From Cetorhinus maximus (Eukaryota), in assembly GCF_964194155.1 (NCBI RefSeq), contig NC_135894.1, positions 434,001 through 498,000 of the forward strand: a stretch of DNA of 64,000 nt. Reading direction: 5' to 3'. The stretch's first letter is position 1. Every line of letters starts with the position of its first letter. Of this stretch, positions 61,501-64,000 are shown in pieces. The notes beneath the pieces are model-generated. The model made no database searches and was not told the origin of the DNA. It saw only the letters and a program-made list of their open reading frames with translations. A program made the translations under genes and the position numbers.

Positions 61501-62806
61501 GATGAACACTAATTTGGATATGCAAGAGAGAGAGCGTGTATTTACATTTTTTGAATAGAGCAATGGAGACGTGGGGTGCAAACTGACGCCTGACTCGCAG
61601 ATTACATGCAGTGTGTTTATATTACTAATACAATTGGTACTATGAAAGGTGTTTTACTGTTGGGGCGCTTATTACAGATGTTGTTGATTAATTGGAGCTG
61701 GACGTTACAAGTTCAAAACATTTCGGGTGTGCAGAGAAGAGGCAATGTAAGATTAAAGGACTGATGAACGCCTCCAAATGTCTCCACTGGAAACAAATAA
61801 AAATAACCTACTTTTAAGTTCGTAAGGTGAAAATGGATTGTCTGGTGTTTGGTTAAGTGGGTGGCTGAATTAATACAATATTTAATTACGTTTAACGCAA
61901 AATGTCGAGTAAGGGCGTGCTGATAACTGAATTTAGAGCTGCATCTCAAACATAACAGGTAAACTCATATGTTGTGTCAGTACTTTTATGTTTCCTTCTG
62001 GGATTTTTAGATAACTCAGCTATACCAACTCCCTCAGTCATACCTTCGTTGCTTCACTTATTGGGGCTCTGAAAGCAGATCCTGATTTAAACACGTTAGC
62101 ACCGTCAGTTCACACTGAATCTGAGGCTGAATGATTTCTAGGGTTCTATTACCTTAAAAAAACGGATTTCTGATGAGGAAGTGGAGACACCCTCACAGAC
62201 CAGCAGATAAGGAATGAGCGGCTTGAAACCACATAGTGGTATCACCCAAATATCGGAAGGAGATATTGCAAGGAGCGCGTGAAGTCACTTTGGCAGGACA
62301 TGTGGGAGTACGACAAAACAAACCATCGATTTTAATTGACCAAGACTTAATAGGTTTGTAATGCAATTTAGTAAAACGTGTCATACATTTCAGCTGGTAA
62401 TATTACCATAAACATGTAATCAAACAGGTACCATTAATGTTCATACCTGTTTTTGAAGAAACACCCATTCGTGTATTAGTGGATTATGTAGGATCATTAC
62501 TCAAATTGAAAGCAGGACATGAAAATATCGTTCCAACTATGGATATGACATCCCAAATTCCAAAAAGCTACTCATTTCTTTGCAATTTAATATGTCGTGG
62601 TATTGGAAAGGCTAAAATGGCTTTTAATTCTTTCTGGTGTGTCATTTGAAAGACAATATTTCTAAGGTTCTAAGATCATTTTTATGAATTTCCAGGGCAT
62701 GCACACCTACGTCATTTCCAGGGCATGCACACCAACGTCGGTATCAAACAAATACAATTTTCTTCCTATCACCTGTAAACACAGGAAGCTTCAGAGTGGT
62801 GTAGTC
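58560..62806 (+). mobile_element. Gmr1-like Ty3/Gypsy LTR retrotransposon remnant: 5' LTR, PBS, gag, protease, integrase; RT not seen
   Basis: LTR-like region with AATAAA (59284) ending near 59462; ggggctcg PBS-like motif at 59470. Gag shows VRKAEIVEEMAQHL, LFISF, AIVNA and the knuckle CFQCNKLGHIHSEC (60643-60684). Protease IRDTG (60938) and GVDLLLG; integrase LAGHVGV (62293), RVLVDYVG and SSYH..QEASE. Confidence 0.88.
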
Positions 62807-63569
62807 TGTTAAGCAGAGGACAACGTTAACGGTTGTTGGCTTAGAACAAAGAGGAGAAGAGTCAATTTCTCTTAATTCTAAATCCTCTTTATTCACGTTG
62901 TTAGATCATCTACATTTAGCTTTTACGTCTGGTTAAATATAGTCACGCGGTTTGCAGCAGGTTCTACTGTTTCATACCCAAAACTAGGATCTAAATGCAC
63001 ACCTACTAGCTTTTTCTTACACTCCCTGAGAGTTCAAAGGATATAAAAGCTAATACCTGCAATGGAGAGCTGGCGCTGGCCAGGCGTTTCGTTCACTGTT
63101 GCGACTCCACGTTGCTGACGTAGGTTCTTCTGCTTGTCTGATGGTTCGTCTCAGGAGTTCTCGCTTCCTTCACGCCCGAAATTCTCCATTCTTATACTGA
63201 ACCTTATGTATTAAAACTGTGCTATTTCTCTCCCGTTGGTTACGGATTGCTTGCCTAGTCTATGGCACGGTCTGATTGGATCCGTCCCCAGGACTTAGGT
63301 AGCATTACATCATTACTCCATTCTTAAATAAGGACTTGTGCCTTAAAACATTCCCTTTGTTTTTCAAAAGTCTCAACTACTTCTAAGCATTTCAAGCCAG
63401 CTCAGGCCAGTAGCTTGACTCAGGTTACTTCAGGTCAAATTTTGATTTTGCCTGTGTCAGCAGTTCGGCTGCAGTGCCTGGCCATCAAGTCAGACTCTCA
63501 AATCCATGATTGAGATATAGTGTGTTGAGTAGCCAAATGATTGGGACAAAGGATTAGATTTCTTAATTT

Positions 63570-63650
63570 TAACTTATCTTGGTTCTTTTCCACCGATGCT
63601 GCCAGAACTGCTGAGTATTTCCAGGTATTTCTGTTTTTGTATTCGATTTC
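63570..63650 (+). mobile_element. Penelope-type terminal repeat fragment
   Basis: ccaccgatgctgccagaactgctgagtatttccaggtatttctgttttt matches the reverse complement of 2255-2310. Confidence 0.65.
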
Positions 63651-64000
63651 TTAATATTTGCTACCACAAGTTCTTCGAGTGAATCTCCTGGATTATTGCA
63701 TTCGAGTTGGACAATGGTCATACAAAAATATGCACCTTAAAAGTGAGTCATGCAAAGCTCATGAAGCTGAAAAGTCGAATCCCCCATGTTGTATTTCGTG
63801 TCCATATTTCGAGAAAGACAGGCTGAAGCTCGCTAACAGTACGAATCGTGCCGTTTGTGTTTAAAACCACACTAGCCACATTACATAATTTTTTGAAATT
63901 AAGTTGTAACTGAAGTGACTGACTGTCTGACTTATTTAGACAATCTTGTAATACATAGCAAAACATGGGAAGAAAACTTTAATCAATTCGATGAAATGTT

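Noticed and set aside
62807-63350. Possible reverse-oriented solo LTR (tgtt...aaca with reverse AATAAA)
   Set aside because: No target-site duplication or second copy was visible; too weak to call.

Overview
Eukaryotic, repeat-rich vertebrate DNA. The repeat families and gene types point to a cartilaginous fish (shark/ray); this is an inference. No intact protein-coding gene is visible, and most ORFs in the track are spurious or TE-derived. (1) Plus strand, about 1.4-24.5 kb and possibly to 39.9 kb: a multi-exon group-B scavenger-receptor cysteine-rich (SRCR; CD163/WC1/SCART-like) type I membrane receptor gene. It has a leader exon, six SRCR exons, stalk, TM and tyrosine-motif cytoplasmic exons, and is disabled by frameshifts and stops. 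(2) Minus strand, 47.25-53.03 kb: a two-exon GPR139-like GPCR pseudogene that the ORF track misses. (3) Many decayed retroelements: CR1 LINEs (one near full length), a second LINE family with a SINE sharing its 3' tail, L2, Deu-domain SINEs, Penelope-like elements, and a Gmr1-like Gypsy element with integrase directly after protease. (4) Three degenerate 33-36 bp minisatellites. The most notable is a 36-bp array that appears to have amplified in place from reverse-transcriptase motif A (DIQSLYTSIPHQ) of a Penelope-like element. There is a 139-N assembly gap at 26592-26730. TE boundaries were estimated by eye and are approximate; family names come from recalled consensus motifs, not database searches.
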